From Antedon mediterranea (taxonomy: Eukaryota > Animalia > Echinodermata): 64,000 nt of DNA. The first letter of the stretch is position 1. Each line of letters starts with the position of its first letter. Of this stretch, positions 48,601 through 63,600 are shown in pieces. The stretch lies in assembly GCF_964355755.1 (NCBI RefSeq), contig NC_092671.1:15376001-15440000 (forward strand), read 5' to 3'. The notes below the pieces were generated by a model. It had not been told where the DNA came from and searched no databases. It saw nothing but the letters and a program-made list of their open reading frames with translations. The position numbers and the translations under genes are program-made.

Positions 48601-51600
48601 ATGGTACGTGGTCAGTTACCACAACTTGTACGTAATGTTCTGTGTGCACTCATCACAATCGATGTCCATGCACGAGATATTGTCACAAGTATGGTGAAAA
48701 ATGAGGTTAACAGTGTGAACAACTTTGAGTGGACAAAGCAGCTTCGATACTACTGGGATATGGACATGGACAACTGTGTAGTAAGAATGTCTACATCACA
48801 GTATGTTTATGGCTATGAATATCTTGGAGCATCAGCTAGGCTTGTCATCACCCCATTGACTGTGAGTTTTTTAATAAGTCTCTTTATTTAACTGTAAATT
48901 TCATCCTCTAGCCAATTACATTTATAGGTATAGTGATAAACAAGATTTACTTGTACTTAGCTATGAATTTCCAGGACCCTGAAATGATTGTATGCTAACC
49001 ACCGAACTGTAGTTTTACTACTACTTTTAAACATCTTTATTATATCTATAATTATAGTAATTATACAGGCCATTATTATCAGTTAAATAATCGCAATGTT
49101 TTTTTACCACTAAATGTTAAGTAAATCAGCCACTTAGATTTATTCCATATATTCATTGCCAGGATCGATGTTACCTCTGTCTTATGGGAGCACTGCAACT
49201 AGATCTTGGTGGTGCACCAGCTGGTCCAGCAGGTACTGGCAAGACAGAGACAACAAAAGATCTTGCCAAAGGTCTTGCAAAACAATGTGTTGTCTTCAAC
49301 TGCTCTGACGGCTTGGACTACAAGATGATGGGCCGTTTCTTTTCGGGTTTGGCGCAGTCAGGAGCTTGGTGCTGTTTTGATGAGTTTAATCGTATCTACA
49401 TTGAAGTGTTGTCTGTCATTGCACAACAGCTTATAACAATAAGGAATGCCAAAGCTGCCAAGGTAACATTTTTTTCATCTTGTTTGTAAATTATGGTAAA
49501 TTAAAGCCAAAGATGTAAAATTTTCTGAGTGGAGATGTTTTCAACTGACAGCTCTTCCATCCAGATTTAGTATCTTAAATAGACAGAGAGTATGTTTATC
49601 ATGTTATGCAAATTGTTACTATTACACACAGCTATAAACATGGAGTATCAAAATGACCCAAATGGTCCTGAAAAGGTTTTAAACTACATTTGAAAACCAC
49701 CCCAGTACGGGTGTCTTGGCTAGTTCTCTCATGTCCTGAAAAAGTTTTAAACTACATTTGAAAACCACCCCAGTACGGGTGTCTTGGCTAGTTCTCTCAT
49801 GTCCTAAAAGGGTTCTAAACTACATTTGAAAACCACCCCAGTACGGGTGTCTTGGCTCGTTCTCTCATGTCCTAAAAAGGGTTTAAACTACATTTGAAAA
49901 CCACGCCAGTATGGGTGTCTTGGCTAGTTCTCTCATGCCCTAAAAAGGTTTTAATCTACATTTGAAAACCACCCCAGTACGGGTGTCTTGGCTAGTTCTC
50001 TCATGTCCTAAAAAGGTTTTAAACTACATTTGAAAACCACCCCAGTACGAGTGTCGTGGCTAGTTCTCTCATGCCCTAAAAAGATTTTAAACTACATTTG
50101 AAAACCACGCCAGTATGGGTGTCTTGGCTAGTTCTCTCATGTCCTAAAAAGGTTTTAATCTACATTTGAAAACCACCCCAGTACGGGTGTCTTGGCTAGT
50201 TCTCTCATGTCCTAAAAAGATTTTAAACTACATTTGAAAACCACGCCAGTGTGGGTGTCTTGGCTAGTTCTCTCATGTCCTAAAAAGGTTTTAAACTACA
50301 TTTGAAAACCACGCCAGTATGGGTGTCTTTGCTAGTTCTGCTAGTTCACTTATTATGTCTTACAGGTAACACGGTTTATGTTTGAAGGACGTGAGATCAA
50401 ACTAGTAGCAAGCTGTGCAGCGTTTATTACAATGAACCCAGGATATGCCGGTCGTACAGAGTTACCAGATAACCTGAAGGCGTTGTTTAGGCCTATTGCT
50501 ATGATGGTACCTGATTATGGTAAATGTTTTAGTATTATTTATTTATTAGCCTATAAGTAAAAGCCCCAATTTGCTTCTTGGTATTCAATGCGTTTTTTGT
50601 TTTTTTCAGCTCTAATTGCTGAGGTGATTCTCTACTCTGAAGGTTTTGAATCTTCACGCAATCTTGCACGAAAGATGACACAGATGTACAAACTATGCAG
50701 TGAACAGTTGTCCCAACAAGATCACTACGATTTTGGCATGAGGGCTGTTAAATCTGTATTGGTTATGGCCGGATCACTCAAGCGTGATAACCCAGATCTT
50801 GGCGAAGATATTGTACTCATTCGGGCCTTGAGGGATAGTAATCTCCCCAAGTTTCTTGCAGATGATGCTCTTCTGTTTGCTGTAAGTTCTATTTTGAAAT
50901 GGTGATTTAGTTTTTGTTAGCCAATTACTGATTAATTGACTGTTGAAATGAGTAATTTGCAATGTTCTTATCTTTTTATATTCAGGGCATTTTATCAGAT
51001 TTGTTCCCTGGTGTTGTATTGCCTGAACACGATTATGGAACGCTACAAAAGTTTATTGTACAGACACTACTCAACAAAGGCTTGCAAGATGAAGATTGTA
51101 TCATTAAGAAAGTTATTCAGCTTTACGAGACAATGATTGTCCGACATGGTGTCATGTTAGTGGGGCCTACAGGAGGTGGCAAAACAACTGTGTATGAGGT
51201 ATGAGATTAATCAACTTTTAGTTATAAACTTTTCAATATTTCATATATAATATTTGCTTTATTTGTAATAGGTAATGTGTTTTAATTTTCGTTTTCTAAG
51301 GGTGGATACATTGCTCCCTTTTTAAGAAATGCAATAACTAAGGATCATTACATATCTTTTATTAATGATAAGCACTATACTAGGTATGTTAATTCTAAGT
51401 AGTGCCGAGTAAACTAATATTTTATATTTCTGTATGTCAAAGGTTCTTGCAAAGACTATAGTCGACCTTTATGAAGCTGGAGAGGTCAGTCCATATTATC
51501 AACCTGTACACACCTATGTAATGAACCCAAAGTCAGTCAGTATGGGTGAGCTCTATGGAGAGATCAATAACCTTACCCTGGAATGGCAAGATGGGCTTAT

Positions 51601-54600
51601 GGCTACTATCGTTAGACAAGCTGTCAATGTAAGTATAGGTGCTATTCTTATAAGTGGAGGAGGATGTAAATTAAGGAACTTTTTAGTTGCGATGGCCTAT
51701 GTTCTATGCATAATTGTGTAGTAGGCCATTGTCTGGTCATAGATTCTGCCAAAACTGTTTCAAGGAATCGAGCAAAGAATCACTTTCTAATGTTTCACAA
51801 TGAATTAACATGACATGACTAGTTCTTGAATTGTTGAAAATCAAAAGCTATCTATTTTTTTTTATAATACATGTTTCTGTTTCCTCAGGACACAACAGAG
51901 GATCATAAGTGGATCATCTGTGATGGTCCAGTAGATGCACTTTGGATTGAGAACATGAACACAGTACTGGATGACAACAAAATGCTGTGCTTGGCAAACT
52001 CTGAACGCATCAAGTTAACAAATTCAATTCACATGGTGTTTGAAGTTCAGGATTTGGCTGTTGCTTCTCCAGCTACGGTTAGCAGGTAAGACCATTTCTA
52101 TGATGTTTGCTTTGAGATTAATTGGTGCAGTGTGTTGCTTCCAGTGGAACAGGTTTGAACCTTGTGGTCTGTGTTTTGGGGATTCAGGAGTGGATTGCAA
52201 TATAAAAAACATGCTGAGTATGTTAACATATCTATATGCTTACATATCTATATGTTTACATATCAATATAACTTTACAAATACTAATAATGAACTTATAA
52301 TTGATTATAGGTGTGGTATGGTGTACATTGATCCTGGAGAGTTAAAGTGGATGCCATACGTACGAACATGGATGGCCAAGTTTAAGAAGATGTTGAAAGA
52401 GGAGACATTCCAGTTCATCAATGATCTCTTCCAGACATATGTAGAGGAGGGTTTAAAGTTTGCTACCAAGAAATGTACACAGGCTATTGTTCAGGTATAA
52501 TAATAATAAAATAATAACTTTATTTTGAATGACGTTAGTTTATTTTCATTTTATGTAGGCACATTTAGCGTGTTTTTCTGTTTCCATAAATAGACTAGAA
52601 ACAATAATTAAATAAATATTTACACTTATCGTTTAATTTCCATACATTAGGTTGATATTAACAAAGTAGCTACTCTATGCTGTCTGCTTGAAGAGCTACT
52701 ATTTCAGAAAGGTCGCAGCAAGATTGACCTCGGCATGGACACAAACAAACTTCATCCATTGATCTGCACAACGTTTGTGTTTTCATACGTCTGGGCAATT
52801 GGCGGAAACCTCTTGGACAATAGTTGGGATACCTTTGATACTTTTGTTAGGAATCAGTTTGAAGACAATGGCGAAGCAAAGGTAGGCTAGTTTAAAGATG
52901 TATTGTTCCCTGAAAAAATAATTATTAAAAAATGTTCTGTTGAATATGCCATTTTAATGTTACATATAGTTATCCACTTTGACCAAAAATTAGATTTAAA
53001 AAAATGTATTTACCTGAAAAAACTGTAATTTAAAGCAAAAAATAGTCTTATTGGCTGCCAGCCAATGGATTTTTGATTGAATTTAACCATTTATTTTGTC
53101 ATTTTATAAGTGAAAACATTGTTTTTCCAAGTTATTTTTCCACGGAAGTGATTAACTTTATTGAAACTACAAAATAACCTATTCAAAGTATGATTTAATT
53201 AATCTTCATTTTTTTATGTTTTTGGGGGACATATATCTTTAAGTATTAACTTGGCTTAAATTATAGTATAAAGGCAGGGTATGAAAAGTTCAGTTATCTA
53301 ATCTAAAGAGCCTCATCATTGCTCTTTTTTTTAAACTATGGTAAATAATATCTTTTTTTAAACTGTTTTAAAGCTTCCGCAAAATGGAGACCTCTGGAGT
53401 GTCTACATGGATTTTGATACCAAGAGATTGGATCTTTGGGAGAAGATTATCCCAACCTTTAAGTACAATCCAGAAGTTCCATTCTTTGAAATGTTAGTCC
53501 CGACATTGGACACTGTTCGGTTCGGATATATTATGGAGAAGCTTCTGGCTATTGGACGATCAGTGTTGTTTACAGGAACAACTGGTGTTGGAAAGGTATG
53601 TAGGATTGAGTAGTTAGTAATTTTGGTATTTTATTGTTATTAGTATTAAACCTGTAGCATCAATGCTATTACTGTTAGTATTGTTTTAGTCTGTAGTTGC
53701 AAGAGGACTTCTTGATGGCATAGCAGAACAATCTAGCTATGTTCCTGTCTACATGAACTTCTCTGCACAGACCACCAGTATAAGAACCCAAGAGATTATT
53801 GAAAGCAAATTAGAGAAGAAACGAAAGAACATTATTGGTAATAAAAATGTGTTATTTATTAACTTCTGTAGTCCTTGTTATGTACTGAGAATAGCTCAAC
53901 CTTATGGCCCTATGTTAGTAATAGTTCTAAAATGTAGACATATTATATGTAAGATCCAAGTATTATATCCACCTCCAGAGGAAGATATTAATGTTGCATG
54001 TTTTTTTAATATGATCTCAAAGGTGCTCCTATTGGTAAGAGAGTTATAATATTCGTTGATGACCTCAACATGCCAAAGCTTGACACTTATGGGTCACAAC
54101 CACCAATTGAGCTGCTCAGACAATATCAAGATTTCAAAGGATTTTACGATCGTGAAAAGCTTTTCTGGAAGGATATTCAGGTATGTATATTAGGATCCAA
54201 ATAAAATTATTTTTTAGTATTAAAATATTGTTATGCATTTATTGAAAGATCGTATACATATTTCATGGAATATTCCTATTTAAGGATGTGACTCTGGTTG
54301 CAGCATGTGCACCCCCTGGAGGCGGTCGTAACCCTGTTACCCCTCGTCTGATGCGTCACTTTAGTATGTTTTGTATTCCTGTGGCAACTGATCACACACT
54401 GAAACAAATATTCAAGGTTCGTAGTACTTTTTGTAAAACGTTGCAGTTTAGTTTAGATATAATGGTTAAGTTTATGCGGCTATTGCAATAAAGGGATTTT
54501 ATAAATGTCAAAACCAAATGACCTGTTATATTATCTTATTTCCCAAAATCAGTCAATCATCAGTGGGTTCCTGCAAGAATTTGCACCAGCAGTGAAGCAG

Positions 54601-57600
54601 TCTGCAGAGGCCATTGTTGGAGCAGCTGTTGAGATCTATGGTAGAATGAGTACTGACTTGTTGCCAACACCAGCCAAGTCTCATTATGTTTTCAACTTAC
54701 GAGATTTGTCTAAGTGTGTTCAAGGTATGTATGTGATATGTATTTCCCTTTTAACATTGTGGTATACAACTTCTTCTTTAGCCCATCATCTCACTGCTGG
54801 GCGAAGGCCTCTCCCAACTGGGGCCAGCTAGCTCTGTGCCTGTCTTTCGTAAATCTTGGCCATGCTGTAATACCAGTCTGTCTGATGAGTTAATCCCTCC
54901 ATCTCGAATGAGGTCTACCCCTCTTTCTTTCCCTATATAATGGTTGACACTTCGTTGGCAATTGTGTCCATCCATCACCTCTTCCTAGATGCCCTGCATT
55001 TTGTACATTTTTCTGTCTTTACTGCATCACTCCCTTTTGTTTGTTCTCTGGCCCATCTCTGATACGCAACAATTAACTTTATACAACTGTACCATTTATG
55101 TTTTACTTATTGAAAAGCCCCATTTAAACTAGATAATACAAGATATTATTTCTACACAGGTGTATTACAAGCTGATCCCAGCATTATCCGTGATCAGACA
55201 TCCATATTCCGCCTATTTTCCCATGAATGTCAGCGTGTCTTCCATGATCGTCTTATCAATCAAGAGGACAAAAACTTCTTCAATGAAATAACAGCTGAGA
55301 TGGCCAGTAAACATTTTGGTCAGAATATAGAAGCTGAAACGTTTGTGACAAAACCGATAATCTTTGGTGATTTCATGAAGATGGGTGCAGATCCAGCTGA
55401 CAGATTCTATGAAGATATTACAGATCTGAATAAACTTAAAAATGTCCTGAATGATGTAAGAATTCTCACAATTACTTATCTTGCTTACCTATCCTCTTTG
55501 GGCCGAGTGACTCATAAGGCTACAAGATATTTTCTCCAGTCAATTCTGTTTCTAGCTTTAACTTTAGCTTCATTACATGATCTCCAGCCTAATCCATCTC
55601 TTTCTTTCTCCACCATGCGCCTCTAGGCTGATTAATCTCTACCATGATTATCAAACATATCAGGTGATCAAATGATTAAAATTTAATTTAAGTGAAATAT
55701 GCTATGAAGTTTAGATTTAGATTATGTAATAATATCTTTCATTTTTCCTCAAATTTCAGTACCTTGATGATTATAACATGAGTTCTTCTAAGGAAATGAA
55801 ACTAGTGTTTTTCTTGGATGCAATGATGCATGTTGCCAGGTAACAAAAGACATTTGCTTATTTTTATAGTAGTTGACTTGGGTATATGCCTACTCCCACA
55901 AACTTCAACATGCTTGGGAGATTGTCTTAGTCCCAGAGTAAGCATCGTATATATTATCTTATACATTTAAAACAGTAGGTTATACTCCTGTCTTAAATTC
56001 TTTGCATTTTCTCATAGGATTGTCCGGATGATACGCCAGGAAAGAGGAAATGCTCTACTGGTTGGCGTCGGTGGTACAGGAAAGCAATCCCTGACCCGTT
56101 TAGCATCACATATCTGTGGTTACCAATGTTTTCAAATTGAATTGAGTAGAGGCTACAACTACCAGTCCTTCCATGAAGACCTTAAACAATTGTATATGCT
56201 TGCAGGTGTTCAAAATAAGAACACTGTCTTCCTTTTCACAGATACACAGGTGAATTTTGAAACTGTATTTGTATAGAATATTGTACTTCATATACCCTCT
56301 ATTAAAGAATACAAAAAGTGAAAAGCTGAAATCTCTCGCTTAATAAAATTTTCTTAATTTGTTCTGATTAGATTGTTGTAGAGGAGTTTCTGGAAGACAT
56401 AAACAACATACTGAATTCTGGAGAAGTTCCCAACTTATTTGAACCTGATGAGTATGAACGAGTAATTATTGGAACACGACCTGCAGCGAAAGAAGCTGGA
56501 ATTCCAGAAGGCAATCGTGATGAAATCTACACGTACTTCATCAACCAAGTTCGTAGGAACCTTCACATCGTACTTTGCATGAGTCCTGTTGGTGATTCCT
56601 TCCGTTCGCGGTGCAGAATGTTTCCATCACTTGTCAACTGTTGCACAATTGATTGGTTCACGGAATGGCCAGAAGAAGCCCTTTTGTCTGTGGCTACTAA
56701 CTTCTTTGAACATGAGAATCTTGGAGCTGATGAAATGAAGGTGAGACTGTGTGGCTGTCTGCATTGTTATTTTTAACCTTGAAATTCTAAAGTTCTTTAG
56801 TTAAATGTTAACATAAAGTTTTTTTTACTCATGAGAACTTCATTCATTTTAAATTTCTTAAATTTGGCATGTTTTCGTTTTCACTTTACAGGAGAAGATA
56901 TCCAACATGTGTGTTGAGATTCACACCAGTGTAAGCACCATTGCAGAACGTTACTATGCTGAGCTTCGTCGACGTTATTACACAACACCCACAAGCTATC
57001 TTGAACTTATTAACCTTTATCTCAGTATGCTGGATGCTAAACGGAAGTATGTCAACTTTGTTTTATACAGTTATCTACTGAAGACTCTTAATAGGACCTT
57101 TTTATCATAGTTAGCTAAAATAAGCAAACAACATTTATGTAAAAAAAGTGCTAGGATCTCAAAGTGACTGTATATTCTTTTCACAGGCAACTAGTCAATG
57201 CACGAGACCGTGTGAAAAATGGCCTGACAAAGTTACTTGAGACAAATGATCTAGTAGCTGAAATGGAGGTCACACTCACTGCACTGGAACCAGAGTTAAA
57301 AAAGAAATCTGCTGATACAGAAATTCTGATGGAAAAGTTGGCAGTGGATCAAGAAAAAGCTGATGAAGTAAATGAATGAAAATTCTACATTTCTTTTTAT
57401 TGTTTGCTTCTTGTAAAATTATTAATACAACTCCTATTTAACAGAAACTCCTAATATGGGACACTTTGTTGGGTATCAACCACTTAATAGGAGTTAATAG
57501 GAACATGTGAACACAAAGTTATTTTATTTATCACTAGGTACGTAAAGTAGTATTGGAGGATGAAGCAGTGGCAAAAGTAAAAGCAGAAGAGACACAAGCC

Positions 57601-60600
57601 ATTGCAGAAGATGCTCAAAGAGATCTTGATGAAGCCCTGCCTGCTCTTGATGCTGCTCAAAAGGCTCTTGACTCACTGGACAAGAGTGACATTGCAGAGT
57701 TGAAAGTGTTTAGTAAACCACCGGATCTTGTTATGACTGTAATGGAAGCTGTTTGCATCGTCCTGCAAGTGAAGTGAGTATAATAATTGTGTAATCCAAT
57801 ACTCAATTATAATCTCACTCTCTAATTTTGAATAATTTAATTTTCACCAAATTGTGTACGCAGGTCCCCGATTTCAAACTGTATTTAACAAAGTTTCATT
57901 ATTGTTTTTATTTGTCAGACCTGATTGGGCAAGCGCAAAACAGTTGCTAGGTGATCCAACCTTCCTGAAGAAACTTATGGAATATGATAAAGATAACATT
58001 GCCGATTCTTTGTTAAAGAAACTTAAAAAATACATTGAGAACCCAAAATTTGTTCCAGAAATTGTTGAGAAAACATCTAAAGTATGTACTTCTTTTACTT
58101 TTAATAGTAGAATTAATCTGTTTGTATCATTAGATATTTTGTAAGATTCTTCTCACACACTTTGAACTTTCTGTTTATTCTGTGTCTTCTGTGTCTGTCA
58201 TTTAGGTAGTATAAAATTGCCAAAATAGGATGCTATTCTCAACTACAACATTGCTTGAGGATAACACACAATTTTACATTTCATTTTAGGCTTGCAAGTC
58301 AATGTGTATGTGGGTGAGAGCTATGGATCTGTATGCCAAGGTGTTTAGAACTGTAGAACCTAAAAAGAAAAGGTGAGATTTCCTTTTCAATTCATTTTAG
58401 TAACAAAAATAATCAGAATATTTTGAAAAGTCAAGACATTATGAGTTTACATTGTAATAATGCTTCATTTTTGCCATACAGGTTAAGAGAAGCAGAGGAA
58501 GAGTTAAGTAATACTATGGCAGTTTTGAAAGAAAAACAAGACAAGCTAGCTGAGGTAGAAAGCAAAATAGCTGAGCTTCAGGCTTCTTATGAAGCCAGTG
58601 TTAATGAGAAAGAATCATTGAAAAGGAACATGGCTCAGACTAGTGCTAGATTGAAACGGGCTGGAAAGTTAACTACTGCTCTGGGAGATGAACAAATTAG
58701 ATGGGAGGAGAGTGTTAAGGTATGTTACAAATCTAAAGCTGGTTTAGAACAGAAAGTGTGAAGATTTCTTCTTTAAATTTGATCAAATTTGTTAGGCCGG
58801 CCTATCAATCCATTAAAGTTACGATTTTGTGTGAATTAAAAATGTTTGATTTGTTTCATCTCATAGGATTTTGAGATGCAGATTGGCAATGTTGCAGGCA
58901 ATGTTTTTGTAGCAGCTGCATGTGTGGCCTACTACGGAGCCTTCACCAGCTCCTTCAGACAGGAGCTTGTAGATCGCTGGATGTTAAGATGTAAAGAGCT
59001 TGAAATACCTATCAGTGAAGACTTCAGTCTAATCAAGATCCTTGCAGATCCTTTTGAGATCAGGCAGTGGAATGCTGATGGACTTCCTAGAGATACAGTG
59101 TCGACTGAAAATGCTGTCTTAGTTACAAGAGGCAGACGTTGGCCTTTGATGATAGATCCACAAGATCAGGTGACTGCTTTAGTACAATACTCAGATTTTT
59201 ATGATAAATTTCTTTCTTCGTCAATGTAACACTGACAAGTACAATCCATGATCAATATGTCAGCATGATATTCTTGCAAAAGTGTGATGTGCCCAAATAT
59301 AGTAGTGATATACCTAAATATGGTAGTGATATGACATCATCATGTCCATATATGGACACATCACATTTTTTCGTCACATAAAGTTTTATAGTGTAGACAG
59401 GTCATCTTCATCAACTATTTCAATTACTATTACATTGCAGGCAAACCGTTGGATAAGAAATCGCGAGTCTCGCAATGGTCTGAAGGTCATTAAGCTAACA
59501 GACAAGGATTTTCTACGCACTTTAGAAACAGCCATCCGCATTGGTTTGCCAGTTCTTCTTGAGGAACTTGGTGAATCTTTGGATCCTGCTCTTGAACCAA
59601 TTCTCCTTAAACAGACATTTATGCAAGTATGTATTTATCTCAAACAGATTGAAAATCATCTCAATATTCTTATAATTTCATTTCATGAGTGCCTACCTGG
59701 ATATATCTGATTTCCATTTATGACTAAAATATTTGTTTAACTTAATTGTATCTTTGTTTTTACTGGGTAACCTCTTTAGTATACTTTTCTCCCAGAGAAA
59801 CGAGTATACAACTCATAAAACAATTAAAGAACTGACACACATACAGATAACATACAAAAAACACCATACATATCCATTGTCAACATTTCAAATCTCAGTC
59901 TCTTGAATTTTTGCTTCTTTTTGTTTTTAGGGTGGTCGCCTTCTGATAAGGCTGGGAGATAGTGACATAGATTATGACAAGAACTTCAAGTTTTACATGA
60001 CAACCAAGATGGCAAACCCACATTATCTGCCAGAAGTTTGCATCAAAGTTACTATTATTAACTTCACAGTAACCAAGTCAGGACTGGAAGATCAACTTTT
60101 GAGGTAAATTCTTAAGCTCTGTCTACACTATCAAACTTTATGTGACAAAAAAATGTCCATATTATATGGACTTGAATTCATATTACTACCATATTTGGGC
60201 ATATCACATTTTTTAAGTCAAACTAGTTTGATAGTGCAGACAACGTGTGTTCTACAATTGTATACTCATACTCTTTTTTATTGGCCTAGCCTCTTGTCTC
60301 TTAACAGACAATCTTACAAACATTCATTGTGTATTATTAAATGCTATGTAATTATTTCTGAAGTGATGTTGTGAGACTAGAGCGACCCGACCTAGAGGAG
60401 CAGAGAAGTCAGTTGATAGTTCGTATAAATTCTGATCGTAATCAACTGAAAGCGATTGAAGACAGAATATTGAAATTGTTGTTTGAGTCTGAGGGAAATA
60501 TTCTTGACAATGAAGAGCTGATAAATACATTAAATGAATCAAAGGTAAGGATTTGTATTATTATATCACTTTTATTGTAAAAATTGTCACTGTTGTTAGC

Positions 60601-63600
60601 TAAAGCTAAATTTAATTACAACGTGGAACAACAACAACAAAATTAAACATTCCATTATCTATTTATTTAAAGGTTACTTCAGGAGTAATCACAAACCGTT
60701 TGAAAGAAGCCGAATCGACAGAAGAGAAAATCTCATTGGCACGTGAGAAATATCGTGGTGTTGCTTCACGTGGCTCAGTGATGTACTTTGTTGTGGCATC
60801 GTTGGCTGAAATTGATCCTATGTATCAATTCTCGCTCAAATACTTCAAGAATGTGAGTAAAACAGTTTAAATAGAAGAACTATTGTAAAGGTCATTGCTA
60901 TTGTACTATTGTGGCATTAACTTAATAAATTATTCAAGAATTTCATATTTTATGTTTTTTCTTTTCTATATTATGTATTTTTACTAAACTACTGTATAAT
61001 AACAAAATTGACTATTTATTTTTTAGTTGTTCAATACTTGCATTGAAAACAGTGAAAAAAGTGATGACCTTACAAAACGACTGGGAATCCTTCTAAAGCA
61101 GACAACAATGGCAGTGTATTCAAATGTTTCACGGTATGTACCGGTCCTGTTTGAAATTTAGATATAATTCATACTTTTTTTTCAATTTAATAGTTAGTTA
61201 AAGATTTGTACAGTACCATTAAAGGCTAGGATAAAGTTATTAGTGTACTAAGAATTTAAGTTCAAAACCAACAAGGATGGAACAATTAAGTATAATATAT
61301 TTTATTCTTTTGTAAAGTGGATTATTTGAAGTTCATAAACTTGTGTACTCATTCATGCTGTGTGGAGATATCATGCGACTGGATGGTAAGATTACTGATC
61401 TGGAGTGGAACTTCTTTTTAAGAGGAGCTGCAGCCATTGGTCAGGTATGTGACTTGTTCTTTTTACAACTTTTAGCAATTTTCAAAACCTTATGCAGATT
61501 TAAATACAGGCTGATAAACTGTACACATTGTGATGTATATCTCCCAATTACTAATGTACTGTACTTGATTTCATAGGATGAAAAGGCAAAGCCCGACATT
61601 CCATGGTTGACAGATGCAACATGGAAAACCTGTGGTGATCTTGATCAAAATGTACCAGCTTTTAAGGGCTTATCCCGTGATGTTATTGCAACACCAGTAT
61701 CTTGCAGCATGGGTCGATTACAGGTATTGTATAGCAGCCTTCAATTAAATCAAATTCTCTTCCATTTTACTTTCTAAGAACCAAACATTTCTCGTGTAAA
61801 ATTACATATTTTGTTAACTTTGTCCAAAGGTTCGAGTGAATCCTGAGAAATGGGCTATGTATGGTCCAGTACCACCACCATATGTCCCACCACAAGAGGC
61901 AGATGGAGAACAAGCTGCTCAACCTGTTGATGATGGAAAGGTTAAAGGTCATTGGAATGAACGCTTAACAAGTTTCCAGAGGTTGATGATGGTTAAAGCT
62001 TTTATGGAAGAAAAGGTATGTTATATAGGCCTATATATTTATAATTTGTTTTTGGTCATCTATGGACTATTTTCATGTTATTAACAAAATTCAACATGTT
62101 TTCAGGTTGTATTTGCTGTGACTGATTTTGTAAGCGAGAACTTGGGCAAACGCTTTGTTGAGAACCCTCCCATTGATCTTGGTACACTTTATCAAGACAT
62201 GACGCCATCAACACCGCTGGTGTTTGTGCTTAGTACCGGATCAGATCCTATGGCAGCATTCCAGAGGTTTGCTCGAGAAAAGAACTACTTAGATAGAATT
62301 CAAGCGATCTCTCTTGGCCAGGGTCAGGGACCAGTTGCAGAGAAAATGATGGAAGCTGCAGTTAAGAATGGTGACTGGATATTTCTTCAGGTAAAAAATT
62401 ACAAATAAATGGTTTTACTAAAACTTACTCAATCTGGAGTATGTGCCTTGACCAAAACAGAGTGGTATGGAACACTAATCACTCTACATCAGTTTGTGCA
62501 ACCTACTTTGCTTAAGCTCTGTCTACACTATCAAACTTTATGTGATAAAAAAGTGTTATTTGCCCATATATGAGCATATCACACTTTTTTTGTCAAACTA
62601 GAAGAAGTAGTTAAATGAAACAAGGAGTAGATTTGCATGGAATATTATACTGACATATTGAGACAGATATTTAGATGATGACTGTATTCTAAATATCTAT
62701 AACCTTTATTACAATAGAATTGCCATTTGGCTGCATCTTGGATGTTAAGCATGGAAGAAATCATAAAAGAAATGGGAGAGCCTGGTGCAGAAATCCATGC
62801 AGACTTCCGACTGTTCCTCAGCTCTATGCCTACAAAGGTTTTTCCAGTTTCTGTGCTTCAGAACAGTGTAAAGGTCACCAACGAGCCTCCAAAGGGCCTG
62901 AGGGCTAATATCCGTAGGGCTTTCTTTGAGTTGACTCCAACTCATTTTGAAGAACACAGTAAGTTGTATAACGATTGCGTTGATTTTACTAGATTTTAAT
63001 TGAAGGTTTTAACTAGTGTTGCTACTAAGCTTCAATTATCAATCATGTCATAGCATTTTATGGTCTTCTCTTTCCCAGTTCTTGGTATCAAATGGAGGAA
63101 GATGATCTTTGGTGTTTGTTTGTTCCATGCTATTATACAAGAAAGAAAGAAATTTGGTCCACTTGGTTGGAACATCAAGGTATTTACGATATATAAAGTG
63201 TAGTACAATATAAATGAAAAAAAAGAGTAATCAATTGTTAATATGTTGAAAATGAGTAAATGTATTTAATAGTTAAATTGAAAAATACATTTTCTTTATT
63301 TTTTTAGTATGAATTTAATGACAGCGACAGAATGTGTGCCTTGGAAAACCTTAAGATGTTCTTAGATGATGGAGAGATTCCATGGGATGCTCTTCAGTAC
63401 ATCACAGGAGAGGTATTGTACCAATATGCTGGGTATAGTCCCAGTATTTACTTTTGCTCTGGATGTAGGCCTCTCCCTAGCAAGTTTTTTTCCTGAACCA
63501 GGGTTTCCCCGGGTATAGTCCCATCACCAAATTGTGTGTTGTGATTATGCTAGAGGATACTTTATTTTTTATATTTATTTATTTTTTCTCTAGATTACAT

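Noticed and set aside
49665-50339. CRISPR-like array
   Set aside because: Head-to-tail 68-bp minisatellite without spacers.
54880-54905. Hammerhead ribozyme at CTGATGAG
   Set aside because: No stem II or GAAA partner follows, and it lies in the antisense strand of an RTE remnant.
36624-63000. Many separate short genes suggested by the ORF track
   Set aside because: The plus-strand ORFs are DNAH6 exons with intronic extensions, and the overlapping or antisense ORFs have no independent support.
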